IMG/VR virus record: IMGVR_UViG_3300030329_006012
Span: 1 to 64,000 of that record
DNA length: 64,000 nt
Direction: 5' to 3' (one strand)
Source: a virus
Shown: positions 18,201 to 28,700 of the stretch, piece by piece
Position numbering within the stretch: position 1 is the first letter of the stretch
Layout: each line of letters begins with the position of its first letter
Made by a program: the position numbers and the translations under genes
The notes under the pieces: generated by a model
Told to the model about the DNA's origin: nothing
Databases searched by the model: none
The model's input: the letters and a program-made list of their open reading frames with translations, nothing else

Positions 18201-21200
18201 TACTTCCTAAAGGGTGTTTCCACATCCCTCTCGACAGGATTTCAGATGCACGAATCTGGCTCCAACGGCCAACACAAATATACCACTCTTGGTATCGGCC
18301 AAGTTCAGTTTGCCGAGGAACACAACATAGGCGCACAAGTGTTTGATACCATCAACGGCACAACCGTATCGATAGAGAACTCCGAGGGAACAAATTCCCA
18401 AGACGTTGTAGTAAATCTCGTTAAGAAAGCATCAAGAGATACACCCCCAGAGTCTGTCCTCGCGCTTCTCGCATCGGGAGCAGATCCAACAGCCGTAGCT
18501 AACATGACAGAGATTCTTAACTCTTCATCAGACGAGACAGGGATCACATTCAGCAACGATGACACGGAGATGTTCTTCGGCACGATAGGTTCTCAGCTAG
18601 GTTTCCAAAATGTTATTGATCAGTTGAGATATGCCGCTCAAGTAGTCGATCAGGCCGTTGCAGATCCAGAATTCTGCATACCATCTCAGACAACCTCTCA
18701 ATCACTTGGTCTTCAAAAGACCCCAGCTCAGACCGCATCTGATAAGGCAACAGTGCAGGATATTTTAAAAAGAGCGGAACAGTTAAATTCGTCAGATACC
18801 GGCAACGGCTGCTCAACTCCGGTACCTCTTTCGGGCCCTGAAGAGGAATCTCTAAAGAGGACGATTAATGATGTGTTCTCCCCAATCACCTCTGCCTATG
18901 ATAGTGATCTCTTGCTTTATAAGCTCGGACTAACATCTATAGACACAAAAACTAGAAAAATACCAAAGGTTTTGTGGAAGGGAGATAAGCCAAAAGTAAA
19001 GGTTGCCGACGAGAACGGCAACATCAAAATAGAAGAGTATGAGATCAAAGAAACACAAATCAACCCTGAGTTTGAGGGCATGCTTGAGCAGGGATTCATA
19101 CCAACACTAAAAAATGGAAAACCATGCGGAACCAGAGCCGGCGGCGTAGTCAAGACTCAGTGGAACCCGTTCACTGCTACGGACGAAAACCCGTGGCTGA
19201 AAGAACGCAGGCCACCAGAAAGTCTCATGCCAAAGCCGCCAGAAAACGAAGACGACGAAGTTCAGCAGCCAGACTTAGAGATTGGGGATCTCATTAAGAG
19301 CCTTGGGCCTTACACTGATTACCCAAAAGGGTATGAAGATGCGAATGTTCCATACAACAAGGTCACTCTTGGCGGAAACGCCGGCAATGCCCTTTCTGCC
19401 AACGTAAAGGGGTTTATTCTTGATCCAAACCGAGGTCTTAATGAGGCTAGATATTTTGAGAACCGAACCAAGGCGTCGAGAAGGGGTATAGAAAATATAA
19501 GAACCAAGAGCAGAACAACCCTCATACCCCCTTCCAATGCCAATAATCCACCACCCGCGAACGACTCCTATTCGACAGTAACTCACGAGGTAAGTTGGGG
19601 AAGATCATTAAGCGGCGTCAAGCTGGTTTCTCTCCGGAAGACTGGTGCAGAGAATCTTGTTTTGGATCCGGTAGAAGTTCCCTTCAACCTGTCGTCTGAG
19701 ACGCTGGAGGCCATCAACTCAATGGGGTATGACGCTGGCCCTGCAGAATGTGAAGATGTTCTTGCCACAGGCGGGGCAGCAGGTGGAGACAAATCCGCCG
19801 GCGGCAATCACACCCCGCAAGAAAATGTGTTTGCAGATGTGCTCGCCAGCAATAAAAATACAGCCAGAATATCAAACTCGAAAATTAAGACAGATGTTTA
19901 TGACTCTCTATATAAGGAAGTGTTAACTGCGGCCATGTTTTATATCGCGGACTCACCACTCTTAAAGACCATTCCAGACATTGTTGACAGCGACGGTTCG
20001 CCGATGCTGGCCATCAACTTTTTGAACCTGAATACAACTCCAAGATTAATAGACATGCCATCTTTGGCATCACAGGTCTCGGAAGATTACACAAACCTCA
20101 TGGCTTGCCCCGATGAGTTGGTGGAGCCACCTCTCTACACAGCCCTCAAGACAGCTGCCCCTCGCATCTTGGCCCGTATGTATATTACAGATATTATGCT
20201 GAGAGCAATTGTCCCGTTTTCTCAATTGTTTTTTAGTTCCAAGGATCCATTGATTCACGGACTTATAATAAACAGGATAGAGGCTGATCTGAATTTGTTT
20301 GCCAACAAGTTTGTTGCCGGCAAAGCAGCCGGAGTTAAAGCGAAAATTGTTGAGCAATATAACTCCCTTGCCAAGACGGGACAAATAGATGCACCAATGG
20401 CCTCCGAGGAGCCCGGCTCCAATGCCGGCTTTAAAACAGCGATGGGTTACTTTATTGAAGACGAGTTTGATTTTGTGGTAGATCGACTTAAGGAAACGGT
20501 TCACGGAGATTGTATCCCCAAGTCAGGTGACGATAAAGCCTCGGTTACTCAAGAGATGTACAATATAATAATGAAATATGCCGACTTGGGGGATAGGAAT
20601 CTAAAGGTTGAGACTTATGCAATAACAAAAGAGACCGAAACTGAAGAGCCAAAAGTTCTAAAGGACTTCTCAATACCAGAGCAGCTTGACGAGATTGATG
20701 TAATCGGAACTTCCTTGTCTTACTTCTACAACGATTTAGAGGTCCTACTATCCAAGGTGGAGCATTCCGCAGAGGATCTAATTAAAGAACTTGGCATCAA
20801 CTTAGATGATATTGAATGTGACAACAATTCCATCTATGACCCCAAAGGATTCACGACGCCGACGGAGGATCACTATCACTCGTATGATACATTTGCCGGA
20901 TCTGACGGTAACGGAAACACTACCAAAACTTTTGATCTCGACGGAAACGAAATATTTGATGAGAGACATCACAATCACTCGATCTATCAGTTTGCCGTTG
21001 TGCCAAAGTTTAACTCGGCCGATCAAGTAGAGCACGTACACTCTCTTGTGACCACTAAAAGTAGAAAGCAATCAGAGGCCGCAAAAGTTATGGATCAGGT
21101 TCAGAGCGCCATGCGAGAGAAGTTGACTCAAACTGATAGCTTTAAAGTTTTGTTTGATTTCTGTTTCGACCTGAACGACGCTGGCTCACTGGCGATGATG

Positions 21201-22040
21201 TATTGCTTGCAATCATCAGACGATCAGATTATGTCAAGAGTGTTCAATAGTACCAAAAAATCAATCATCACTATGTTTGGTTGGCTTTGGGAACAAGACC
21301 AATCTTCGGATTCTTGCTCAAGCGCAGAAGCTGAATCGATGTCTCTTGACTTTGAGGACATGTTTCCTGATTTGGCCGCTGCTGCCTTAAATCCAGAGCT
21401 CCTGCTTATGCTGCTTGTGGCGCCTCTTACAACATACAAAGGCTGGGCAAAAACCGCAGACCCCCACGTTTTCATAACGTCTACTATAATTGACTTGATT
21501 GGTATGCCAATACTTCCAAAGAATTCGAAGGAGTGGGTAACACTTCCGTTTAGCGACACGCCAGAATGCAGAAACTGGCCAGACTTTAGTCAGGCAGTTA
21601 GCCCCTTGGACACCCTTTTCGCCGGCGGCGAAAACCTTTTTAATCCAGCTGGTCCACCGTTTGATCTTCCACCACTTTATCTTCCTGCACCATTAATTGA
21701 GGGCCTTGTTGCCCTTGGCGTAACGTGGGCCCCTTGCCTAGTAGGAATGCCCCCGTTTCCACCAACACCGTTTGGGATGATATATTACTTTGCTGTTTCT
21801 CCGCTTATTTGGCTCATGAGGGACTTGCCTAGACTGATAGAGATGATGCAGGGAAGCGAAGCAGGAAGAAAATCGCTCGCAGCAGCAGGTCTTGCTGTTG
21901 AGGGAGAAATCAGTTGCGAAGACCAAACACCGCAGGAAACGGTAGACTCCGGCACCGCAGAAGTTGTGGAAGAGGGTTGTCCACCATTAAAAACATTTGA
22001 AGAAACAGTCATTGACGCAGGAACACAGAAAGACTGTTAA
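15294..22040 (+). CDS. Very large virion protein with a LamG/concanavalin-like domain (2248 aa)
   Basis: VQFNGNG, DDYWHQLGFSW...FTLYFDG, FAGQLDEICVFDKTLS and AWWRMGD. Also has a His-rich segment and a hydrophobic Pro-rich C-terminus. Confidence 0.65.
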   Translation: MAQQDPNKNTNLEQQFEDSSDVGSEQRSEDFAAQAKYASGTRELVLQTHGDVLGAYDQIGEGTAYPPDHLFLINLNPIFKEEKLNNDFLMSKKEYFYEDMLATAETTSFDRFYSKKTEHIKKLFRFFQRRLDDDLSSKKRNIKTNGIDFEKHMSMIESVPNEIKRAALKANPLLGDLMRESENKYQTSIVMTAPVGTYSTFMGVYLFFPNADLRELLSDVGLDEGADKISSISADYVRFFIPGSFFQNDSPFKSLFFQFNGYMQKLDLLADLGREDLTRAENHMNCGFTPGAADYPPLLDYFSFSHSFHQPTPITVEENPVENSKWRENAAQAVDAFTGAMDDATKSLTRSLSQFISDPYTVVDGDKMTLTTKNYTAGSVFGAKLSYDGDKKSPLMELSRGWLDQAELSAAADRTSLITFQSRSGPEVNADAVIEINREDEALKKKLVANFKKTGNALEEGMVIQIPKQSGTKNKWKNLLNSVEMEEMDPERLKEIWNEAFLDPFLARICPATLPKRVLECLLPGNCRDLMKYIGLWRTRDFLEEFIAFDLFSDTKSLVTALTKWDELVQEQYSFKAVQFNGNGFLKSGTTDSKEVFPNGADSVSVSLQVKVKPENKKTNDKKVKSIFSQKGVFEIKKGILGDIKVVLYSQDGKKVTYTNFGESTIDFDDDYWHQLGFSWAGNTGNFTLYFDGREVKTKKDSGDTFTGPLASPDSTRFLVASESHEESRKGFAGQLDEICVFDKTLSAAQWKSLGKIDSDVNLNTARLKLNVKAWWRMGDAVDDRTPASGVTGKIVDLAGGKDLSFGNPSEGSTKIIVAHLFKEKDENRFIDIINRETDVEKVCDTIMEYIMELVEVSFDPEKIKKDILDQINIPNFSGDPHKQVKLIIKKTIVEQLLKMVATFLMKMIAELLNCDSWRGMVKALVKGTVNFDANTFGSAFVENNPVAEFINATQDPEEWSKILKDTESYFLKGVSTSLSTGFQMHESGSNGQHKYTTLGIGQVQFAEEHNIGAQVFDTINGTTVSIENSEGTNSQDVVVNLVKKASRDTPPESVLALLASGADPTAVANMTEILNSSSDETGITFSNDDTEMFFGTIGSQLGFQNVIDQLRYAAQVVDQAVADPEFCIPSQTTSQSLGLQKTPAQTASDKATVQDILKRAEQLNSSDTGNGCSTPVPLSGPEEESLKRTINDVFSPITSAYDSDLLLYKLGLTSIDTKTRKIPKVLWKGDKPKVKVADENGNIKIEEYEIKETQINPEFEGMLEQGFIPTLKNGKPCGTRAGGVVKTQWNPFTATDENPWLKERRPPESLMPKPPENEDDEVQQPDLEIGDLIKSLGPYTDYPKGYEDANVPYNKVTLGGNAGNALSANVKGFILDPNRGLNEARYFENRTKASRRGIENIRTKSRTTLIPPSNANNPPPANDSYSTVTHEVSWGRSLSGVKLVSLRKTGAENLVLDPVEVPFNLSSETLEAINSMGYDAGPAECEDVLATGGAAGGDKSAGGNHTPQENVFADVLASNKNTARISNSKIKTDVYDSLYKEVLTAAMFYIADSPLLKTIPDIVDSDGSPMLAINFLNLNTTPRLIDMPSLASQVSEDYTNLMACPDELVEPPLYTALKTAAPRILARMYITDIMLRAIVPFSQLFFSSKDPLIHGLIINRIEADLNLFANKFVAGKAAGVKAKIVEQYNSLAKTGQIDAPMASEEPGSNAGFKTAMGYFIEDEFDFVVDRLKETVHGDCIPKSGDDKASVTQEMYNIIMKYADLGDRNLKVETYAITKETETEEPKVLKDFSIPEQLDEIDVIGTSLSYFYNDLEVLLSKVEHSAEDLIKELGINLDDIECDNNSIYDPKGFTTPTEDHYHSYDTFAGSDGNGNTTKTFDLDGNEIFDERHHNHSIYQFAVVPKFNSADQVEHVHSLVTTKSRKQSEAAKVMDQVQSAMREKLTQTDSFKVLFDFCFDLNDAGSLAMMYCLQSSDDQIMSRVFNSTKKSIITMFGWLWEQDQSSDSCSSAEAESMSLDFEDMFPDLAAAALNPELLLMLLVAPLTTYKGWAKTADPHVFITSTIIDLIGMPILPKNSKEWVTLPFSDTPECRNWPDFSQAVSPLDTLFAGGENLFNPAGPPFDLPPLYLPAPLIEGLVALGVTWAPCLVGMPPFPPTPFGMIYYFAVSPLIWLMRDLPRLIEMMQGSEAGRKSLAAAGLAVEGEISCEDQTPQETVDSGTAEVVEEGCPPLKTFEETVIDAGTQKDC

Positions 22041-22052
22041 GAGGAACAAAAA

Positions 22053-22460
22053 ATGGCAAATAATAATAGCAAGAACTTTCTAACACCGCAACTCCCACTG
22101 GTTGAAAGCGGAGAGCTGGATTACGAGCATATTGGCGACTATCGAACTCTCATAAAGCAGAATTTTAAAAACCTTATCTTAACAATTCCGGGAGAAAGAG
22201 TTATGGATCCCGACTTTGGTGTCGGCATACAAAGATTTCTTTTTGAGGCAGCACCAGTCTTCGCCTCATCAGACATCCAATCAGAACTTGCCCTGAAGAC
22301 GCAAAAGTATTTGCCATTTGTCAATATAGACAATGTTCTGGTTGAACAAACTGAAGAAGACCACACACTTGTTGTAAGGATTTTTTATTCTGTCCCATCG
22401 TTGGCCATTCAAGAGTATGTGGATTTATCATTCTCGGATGATGGCACTCTCATAAGTTAA
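22053..22460 (+). CDS. Baseplate wedge protein, gp25/GPW-like
   Basis: IKQNFKNLILTIPGERVMDPDFGVGIQRFLFE...YLPFVNI. Confidence 0.9.
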   Translation: MANNNSKNFLTPQLPLVESGELDYEHIGDYRTLIKQNFKNLILTIPGERVMDPDFGVGIQRFLFEAAPVFASSDIQSELALKTQKYLPFVNIDNVLVEQTEEDHTLVVRIFYSVPSLAIQEYVDLSFSDDGTLIS

Positions 22461-22480
22461 GTGTAAACTTTTGTATTTAA

Positions 22481-22487
22481 CTATTTA
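22481..22487 (+). promoter_or_regulatory. Putative late-promoter motif CTAWTTA
   Basis: CTATTTA in the short intergenic gap before the wedge gene. Recurs upstream of several late genes (see findings). Confidence 0.5.
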
Positions 22488-22506
22488 GGAGAGTAGGAGT
22501 AAACTG

Positions 22507-24297
22507 ATGACAAAAAACAGAAACCCACCCATAAACTATACGAGCAGGGACTTTGCAACAATCAAGCAAGATTTGGTTGACCACGCAAAAAGATATTACC
22601 CCGACACATTTCAAGATTTTAACGAAGCCGGCTTCGGCTCCTTGATGATGGATTCTGTGGCCTATATTGGAGATATTTTATCTTTTTATGTAGATTATCA
22701 GGCTAATGAGTCCTTTGTCGATACCGCATCTGAGTTTGAGAGCCTAGTAAACCTCGGCAACCAGACGGGGTTTAAGTTACAGCAGAACCCATCATCCCAC
22801 GGGATTGTGACCTTATTTGTAATGGTTCCCGCCAACTCTTCCGCCACTGGCCCAGATTCTAGATATATACCTATTTTAAAAAAGACAACACCACTGGTTT
22901 CCACATCGGGAGCGCGATTTACCTTGGATGAGGATGTCAACTTTGCAGACGGAACAACTGTTGTTGCAAGGACAAATCCCACAACAGGCGCCCCAACTCA
23001 CTATGCGATTAAGAATTACGGGGCAGTCTCTTCTGGAGAACTCACGTCCCAAGTGATTTCTATTGGAACCTATGAAAAGTTTAGAGAAGAAGAAATTTCA
23101 GATTCCTTTATCACAAACGTCGTTTCCATCCACGACTCCGATGGCCACGAATATTATGAAGTGGATTATTTGACACAAAATATTGTGATGCGCTCAATCG
23201 CCAATCGAGACACCTCAACTCAATCATCTGTCAGGGAGATTCTGAAGCCGCTTGTTGTTCCGAGAAGATTTACGACACAAAGATCCGCCGCCGGAATGAA
23301 AATTCAATTCGGCGCAGGAAAAGAAGAAGACTCCAACGAGAGAGTTCTAGACCCGTCTAGTGTCTCGATGAAGATGTACGGAAAGGAATACATCTCAGAT
23401 GTTGAACTTGATCCTTCAAAGCTATTATCTTCGGACTCTATGGGCGTATCCCCTGTCAACACAAAACTTACCGTCGTTTATCGAAGAAATACAAAGACGG
23501 ACACAAATATTAGCACAAATACTTTAACTAAAGTTGATTCTCCTTTTCTTGAGTTTATCGATATTGCAAATCTAGATCCAGCGGTGGTGCAGAACGTGAA
23601 ATCAAGCGTTGAGTCCACCAACGAGTCGCCAATTGTCGGCTCTATCGAAAGCAACAATGTCGAGGTATTAAGGAAGAGAGTAATGAACTCTTTTGCAAAC
23701 CAGCGACGAGCAGTTACTTTAAAAGATTATGAAACTATGGCATATGCAATGCCTTATAAGTTTGGCGCCCTATCCCGCGCTAAGGCCATCAAAAACCCAA
23801 ACCCACGAAGAGGGAATTTAAATATTTCTACCATTGCAGTTGACTCTTCTGGCCACTTGTCTGCGCCCAATTCGGTATTGAAAGATAACCTAAAGGTATG
23901 GCTCGACAAGGGGCGAATGGTCAACGATGTCGTAGAGATTTCAGACGCCAAAGTTATAAATTTAGGGGTCAATTTTACCGCCATCGGAGATTTAAACAAG
24001 GACAGCAGCGTAATCCTGCAGACCTGCATCACTGAACTAACTAATTTATTTTCCTCCCCGCCGGATATTGGCGAGGCTTTCTATATCACAGACATATACA
24101 AGGCACTGAAAGATGTCGACGGCATCATCGATGTGGTCGATGTCAATGTTGTTGTGAAGAACGGCGCAAACTATAGCTCCACTTCTTTCAATATTGGCGA
24201 GAACCTATCCGCAGACGGCCGCGCAGTGATTATTCCTCGTAATGCAATTTATGAAGTGAAGTACCCCAACGTGGACATCAAAGGAGCGATTAGATAA
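22507..24297 (+). CDS. Baseplate wedge protein, T4 gp6/baseplate J-like
   Basis: INYTSRDFATIKQDL...YYPDTFQDFNEAGFG, YQANESF, IQFG and RAVTLKDYE. Confidence 0.88.
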   Translation: MTKNRNPPINYTSRDFATIKQDLVDHAKRYYPDTFQDFNEAGFGSLMMDSVAYIGDILSFYVDYQANESFVDTASEFESLVNLGNQTGFKLQQNPSSHGIVTLFVMVPANSSATGPDSRYIPILKKTTPLVSTSGARFTLDEDVNFADGTTVVARTNPTTGAPTHYAIKNYGAVSSGELTSQVISIGTYEKFREEEISDSFITNVVSIHDSDGHEYYEVDYLTQNIVMRSIANRDTSTQSSVREILKPLVVPRRFTTQRSAAGMKIQFGAGKEEDSNERVLDPSSVSMKMYGKEYISDVELDPSKLLSSDSMGVSPVNTKLTVVYRRNTKTDTNISTNTLTKVDSPFLEFIDIANLDPAVVQNVKSSVESTNESPIVGSIESNNVEVLRKRVMNSFANQRRAVTLKDYETMAYAMPYKFGALSRAKAIKNPNPRRGNLNISTIAVDSSGHLSAPNSVLKDNLKVWLDKGRMVNDVVEISDAKVINLGVNFTAIGDLNKDSSVILQTCITELTNLFSSPPDIGEAFYITDIYKALKDVDGIIDVVDVNVVVKNGANYSSTSFNIGENLSADGRAVIIPRNAIYEVKYPNVDIKGAIR

Positions 24298-25745
24298 TGG
24301 CAATCAAAAGATATACAGCAAACGCCGACAATACCATAACTAATGCGTTCAAAGAAAACCTGCAAACTCGTGCAACAGACGCAAATATGGGAGAGTCAGA
24401 TATTATAGAAACATTCACAATATATGGGCAGGCCAACACATCCTCAACCGAACAGGCGAGGATATTAATGAACTTCCCAGTTAATGAGATCAAGGCAGAC
24501 AGAGCCTCAGGGGTGATTCCATCGAAGGACAATGTAAGCTTCTTCTTGAGGGTACACAACGCGCCGCATGGACAAACTTTACCATCTGATTATGCTTTAA
24601 GTATATTGCCCGTCTCGCGTTCATGGTCTGAGGGCTATGGCCTTGACATGGAAACCTACACCGATGTTGGCTTTTCAAACTGGATATCAGCTTCCGCTTC
24701 TTCCTCCGTAGGTGATGGTGCATGGGTTTCCGAAGGCGGTGACTACCATCAGGAGCCCGCCTACAGCCAATATATATCAACAGGCCCCCAGGATATTGAG
24801 GTCGATATCACCACTCTCGTGGAGCAGTGGATCGCCGATGAAAAAGAGCCAGATGGCATCGGCATTGCCATTTCCTCTAGTTACGCCGCGCTGGATCGTT
24901 CTTTCTATGTGAAAAAGTTCTTTGCCAGAGGATCAGAACATTTTTATCTGAGGCCAAAAATCGAAGCTCGCTGGGGAGCTACAATGAAGGATAGGAGAAA
25001 CTCCTTTTACGCATCGAGCCCTCTAGTTCCAGCCGAAGACAATACAAACACTCTTTATATTTACAATCAAGTCAGAGGACAACTTCAAAACATTCCAGCC
25101 ATCGGAGAGGGAGAACTCTCCATGAGCCTGTATTATGGCGCAGCAACTGCTCCAGCAGGAACTCCATACACTATAACCGGATCAGATTCAGTCATCGGAA
25201 CTTCTGTTGTCGCAGGATGGGTCTCAACGGGAATTTATTCAGCCTCAGTCACCATCGACACGTCCGCATCTTATTTATATGATGTGTGGCATGATGGCAC
25301 AACTCAATTTGTGACAGGAAGTCAAATTTCAGTTCGCAGCTTCTCAACCAATACAGCGGTTGATACAGGCGAGTATGTATCCAACATCGTTAATTTGAAA
25401 GAGAAATATTCAACTACAGAGAAACCAAGATTGAGAATGTTTGTCAGGGACAAAAACTGGAGTCCGACGATTTATACTGTGGCCACAACAAATATAGAAA
25501 CAAAGGTGATCGAAGACGCCTATTATAGAGTTTTTAGGGTTGCTGATGATTTTGATGTTATATCTTACGGTACTGGATCGGGAAATCAAGGATATACACA
25601 AATGTCCTATGATAAAGATGGAAATTATTTTGATATTGATATGTCCTTGTTCGAGACTGGATATTCTTATGGTGTGAAGGTTTCATATAAGGTAAACACT
25701 CGGTACGAGGAGCAACCAGAACTTTTTAAATTTAGGGTTGAATAA
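24297..25745 (+). CDS. Virion structural protein (DNRLRE-like domain plus Ig-like C-terminus)
   Basis: ADNTI...MG.SD, RILMNF, DITTLVEQWI..E...GI, F.ARGSE...RPKIEARW. Confidence 0.55.
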   Translation: MAIKRYTANADNTITNAFKENLQTRATDANMGESDIIETFTIYGQANTSSTEQARILMNFPVNEIKADRASGVIPSKDNVSFFLRVHNAPHGQTLPSDYALSILPVSRSWSEGYGLDMETYTDVGFSNWISASASSSVGDGAWVSEGGDYHQEPAYSQYISTGPQDIEVDITTLVEQWIADEKEPDGIGIAISSSYAALDRSFYVKKFFARGSEHFYLRPKIEARWGATMKDRRNSFYASSPLVPAEDNTNTLYIYNQVRGQLQNIPAIGEGELSMSLYYGAATAPAGTPYTITGSDSVIGTSVVAGWVSTGIYSASVTIDTSASYLYDVWHDGTTQFVTGSQISVRSFSTNTAVDTGEYVSNIVNLKEKYSTTEKPRLRMFVRDKNWSPTIYTVATTNIETKVIEDAYYRVFRVADDFDVISYGTGSGNQGYTQMSYDKDGNYFDIDMSLFETGYSYGVKVSYKVNTRYEEQPELFKFRVE

Positions 25746-28700
25746 TGGGAAGACAGCCAAATAGAAGAGCCACTACTGCAGTGAGCAGAGAAGAGCTCCA
25801 ACAAAAAAATATAGAATCATATAAAGTTGTAGAGTCGGCTGGTAATTTAGATAATAAAAACAACCCAAGAGTCAACTATTCTTCGCCAGAAAACTTTGTT
25901 ACTTACGGTTCCGCGAAGGAATATTATGTTTCGTCTATAGAAGGCATCTATGGCCAATATCCGTATGACGGTTCAAAAAACGAAAAGAACGAATGGACTT
26001 TCAATGCATCTGGCCTAGATCGATATATGTTCGACAACGAGTATCCGAGGGTAAATGGTAATGTTGCCATTTCATCCAATGGCTGGGGCCCCACCGAGGC
26101 ATTTCATGATGGTGGAAAATACGCCCTCCCCGAAAATAAAGAATACATTACGATTTTTGGTGGCCCGAACACAGACAAGGCAGCCTCCAACTTGGCATCT
26201 CTATTCCCCTCAGTAGGCGGCACAGCAAACATTGTAGATGCCAGCGAAAATAGAGAGTCAAACTTGACAATCTGCGAAGATGAGGGAAACACTGTTGAAT
26301 TTTGGATGAAAAAAGATGCTTTTCATGCGTATGGCCAACAAGAGGTCATTTTCGATATGTGGGCATCCGGATCGACTTATGGTACAGATTATGCGAGGTT
26401 TGCAATTTTTCTAAACAACGATTCTTTACTAGATCCATCTTGCATGGGCATTTCCTATGTTTCTGGTAGTGACGAGATTGTTGGAACCTTCGAGAACACC
26501 ACCACCAGCTCAATTGCTGATTCAAAATGGCATCACTATGCGATTACGGTCTCACCACGCGAAGGCTCGGCAACTCTCTTTGTAGATGGAAAAAAGTCAG
26601 AAACTATTTCAGGAGACCAGATCACGGGAACCTCAACCAGTGGGCCCTTGGTGGCCACGATAGGGGCATACTATGCAACACGCCCAGCCGATACTATAGG
26701 TGGCGTATCCGGCTCATCAGCCGGCTACTTCGCGTCAACGGATTCAGAAATAGAAGAGCTCGCTTCACCGGCCGGAGCCGATACTGTGTGGGAACTAGAT
26801 GTTTCCGGAGCCTTGATGCCACAAACCTCCCCTCTTGGAAATCCAATTTGGGATATAGATACGAGTGGAGATATCATGCCAGAAGGAGACACTGACTCAA
26901 CACCGTTCCCAGTAGCGGTTCCTGGTTGGTGCAAACTTTCTGCATCTCTTGATGAATTTAGGTTTTGGAAGACGGTGAGAACAGAGACTGAGCTCGGCCT
27001 AAACTGGAAGACTCAAGTTTACGGAGGCACAAACACAGATGACGCCAACACAACTCTTGGGGTTTATTATAAGTTTAACGAAGGCATTACTGGCAAGGCA
27101 AATCTTGACTCAAATGTCCTAGACTATTCAGGACGTATATCAAACGGCTCATGGGTAGGATATTCTTCAGGTGCAAGAAGCTTAACTTCGGCAATGGTCG
27201 AGTCTGGCAACGCCGCGAAGGAATTTAAAGACCCAATTATTTATGAGCAGCATCCGGAGGTCGTTTCCTTAAAAAGTACCAAATCCGCCGAGGGCCTCAT
27301 GTACGATCAGCAGAACAACGCTTCTTTATATAACTCTATGCCAATGTGGATTAGGGAAGAAGATCAGGGCCAGCAAAGCATCTTAAAGTTAACACAGATT
27401 ATGTCCTCATATTTGGACAGTCTTCAGACAAGCGTCTCTCAGGTTAACGAGATAAAAAATCTTGGATACCCTTCAGGATCTGAGTCTCCGAATATTTTTG
27501 CTAAACGAAATGCACAAAATCTTGGATTTGATACAGGAGAGTTCTTTGTAGACGCTACGGTTTTGGAAAAATTTATGGACAGGAATGATTCTGGGGATCT
27601 GGAATACAAACTTGAGGATGTTAAAAATCTTATTTATCAAAACATCTATAACAACTTAACATTTATTATGTCGTCAAAAGGGACAGAGAAATCTTTTAGG
27701 AATCTGTCTCGCTGCTTCGGGATCCCTGATGATTTCTTGAAGCTCAACATATATAGCAACAATGAAGAATATACGATTGAAGATAAGTATGCCAACGTCG
27801 CAATTCGCAAGAACACAATAGACTTCAACGACCCCACCAGATTCCAAGCAACCATGTTTCAAACAAGCAGCACTAGCTCGCCAACAAGAGATTTTATTAC
27901 AGAATCGTTGGCAGAGGAGATCCGCGATTTGGCTGGCCTCACTTTGGAAGGAGATTTTATTTTCCCCAAAAAGCCCCCATCTTATTCTCCTCACTATTTT
28001 GATACACCATTCACCAAATCATCTGTTTTTGGACTTAGATATACTAACGGAATAGACTTAACCACACCAGATGGCCCCGATCTTTCGGTGAACGTGATCC
28101 GCGAAGAGCGAAACGGCCAAAGCGCATATTTTCAACTCACCTCCTCATACATGGGTTTAAACATGACTTCGAGTGTTTTTGGCGACGTTTATGACAACAC
28201 CCGTTGGAACTTGGCAGTTAAGCTTAAAAACACCTCCCACAATTCCGTTGTCTCTGGAGATTATGTGATGGAATTTCAAGGAGTCAACTCTGATGGCAGC
28301 CGTGTAGACAACTCCTTTTCCGTGAGTCACGATTTTCCGCCCGGCTGGCCTGCAACGGCCTTTACCTTATTGGCATCCAACAAGCGCGTTTATGCAGGTG
28401 CGATGAGGACAGACACTGTTGGGGCAGTTGTTAATAGTTCTGACGTTTTAGTTTCGAACATCAGATATTGGCAAAAATACTTATCAGATGACACGATTAG
28501 AAACCATGCCGTCGATGCGACAAGTTGTGGTGTAAAAGATCCCAACATGCCCTTGTTTGTTGCGGATACCCTAGTTCCAACTCCAACTGCGATTGAAACC
28601 CTAACCCTTGATTGGGACTTTCAAACAGTCTCGTCTGCTGACGCCTCTGGAGAATTTTTCGTACCAGACATATCGTCAGGGTCAGCTCAACTAGAGGAGC

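Noticed and set aside
15294-22040. Calling the 2248-aa protein a tape measure
   Set aside because: It contains a LamG domain and mixed alpha/beta regions rather than the long Ala/Gly-rich helical repeats expected.
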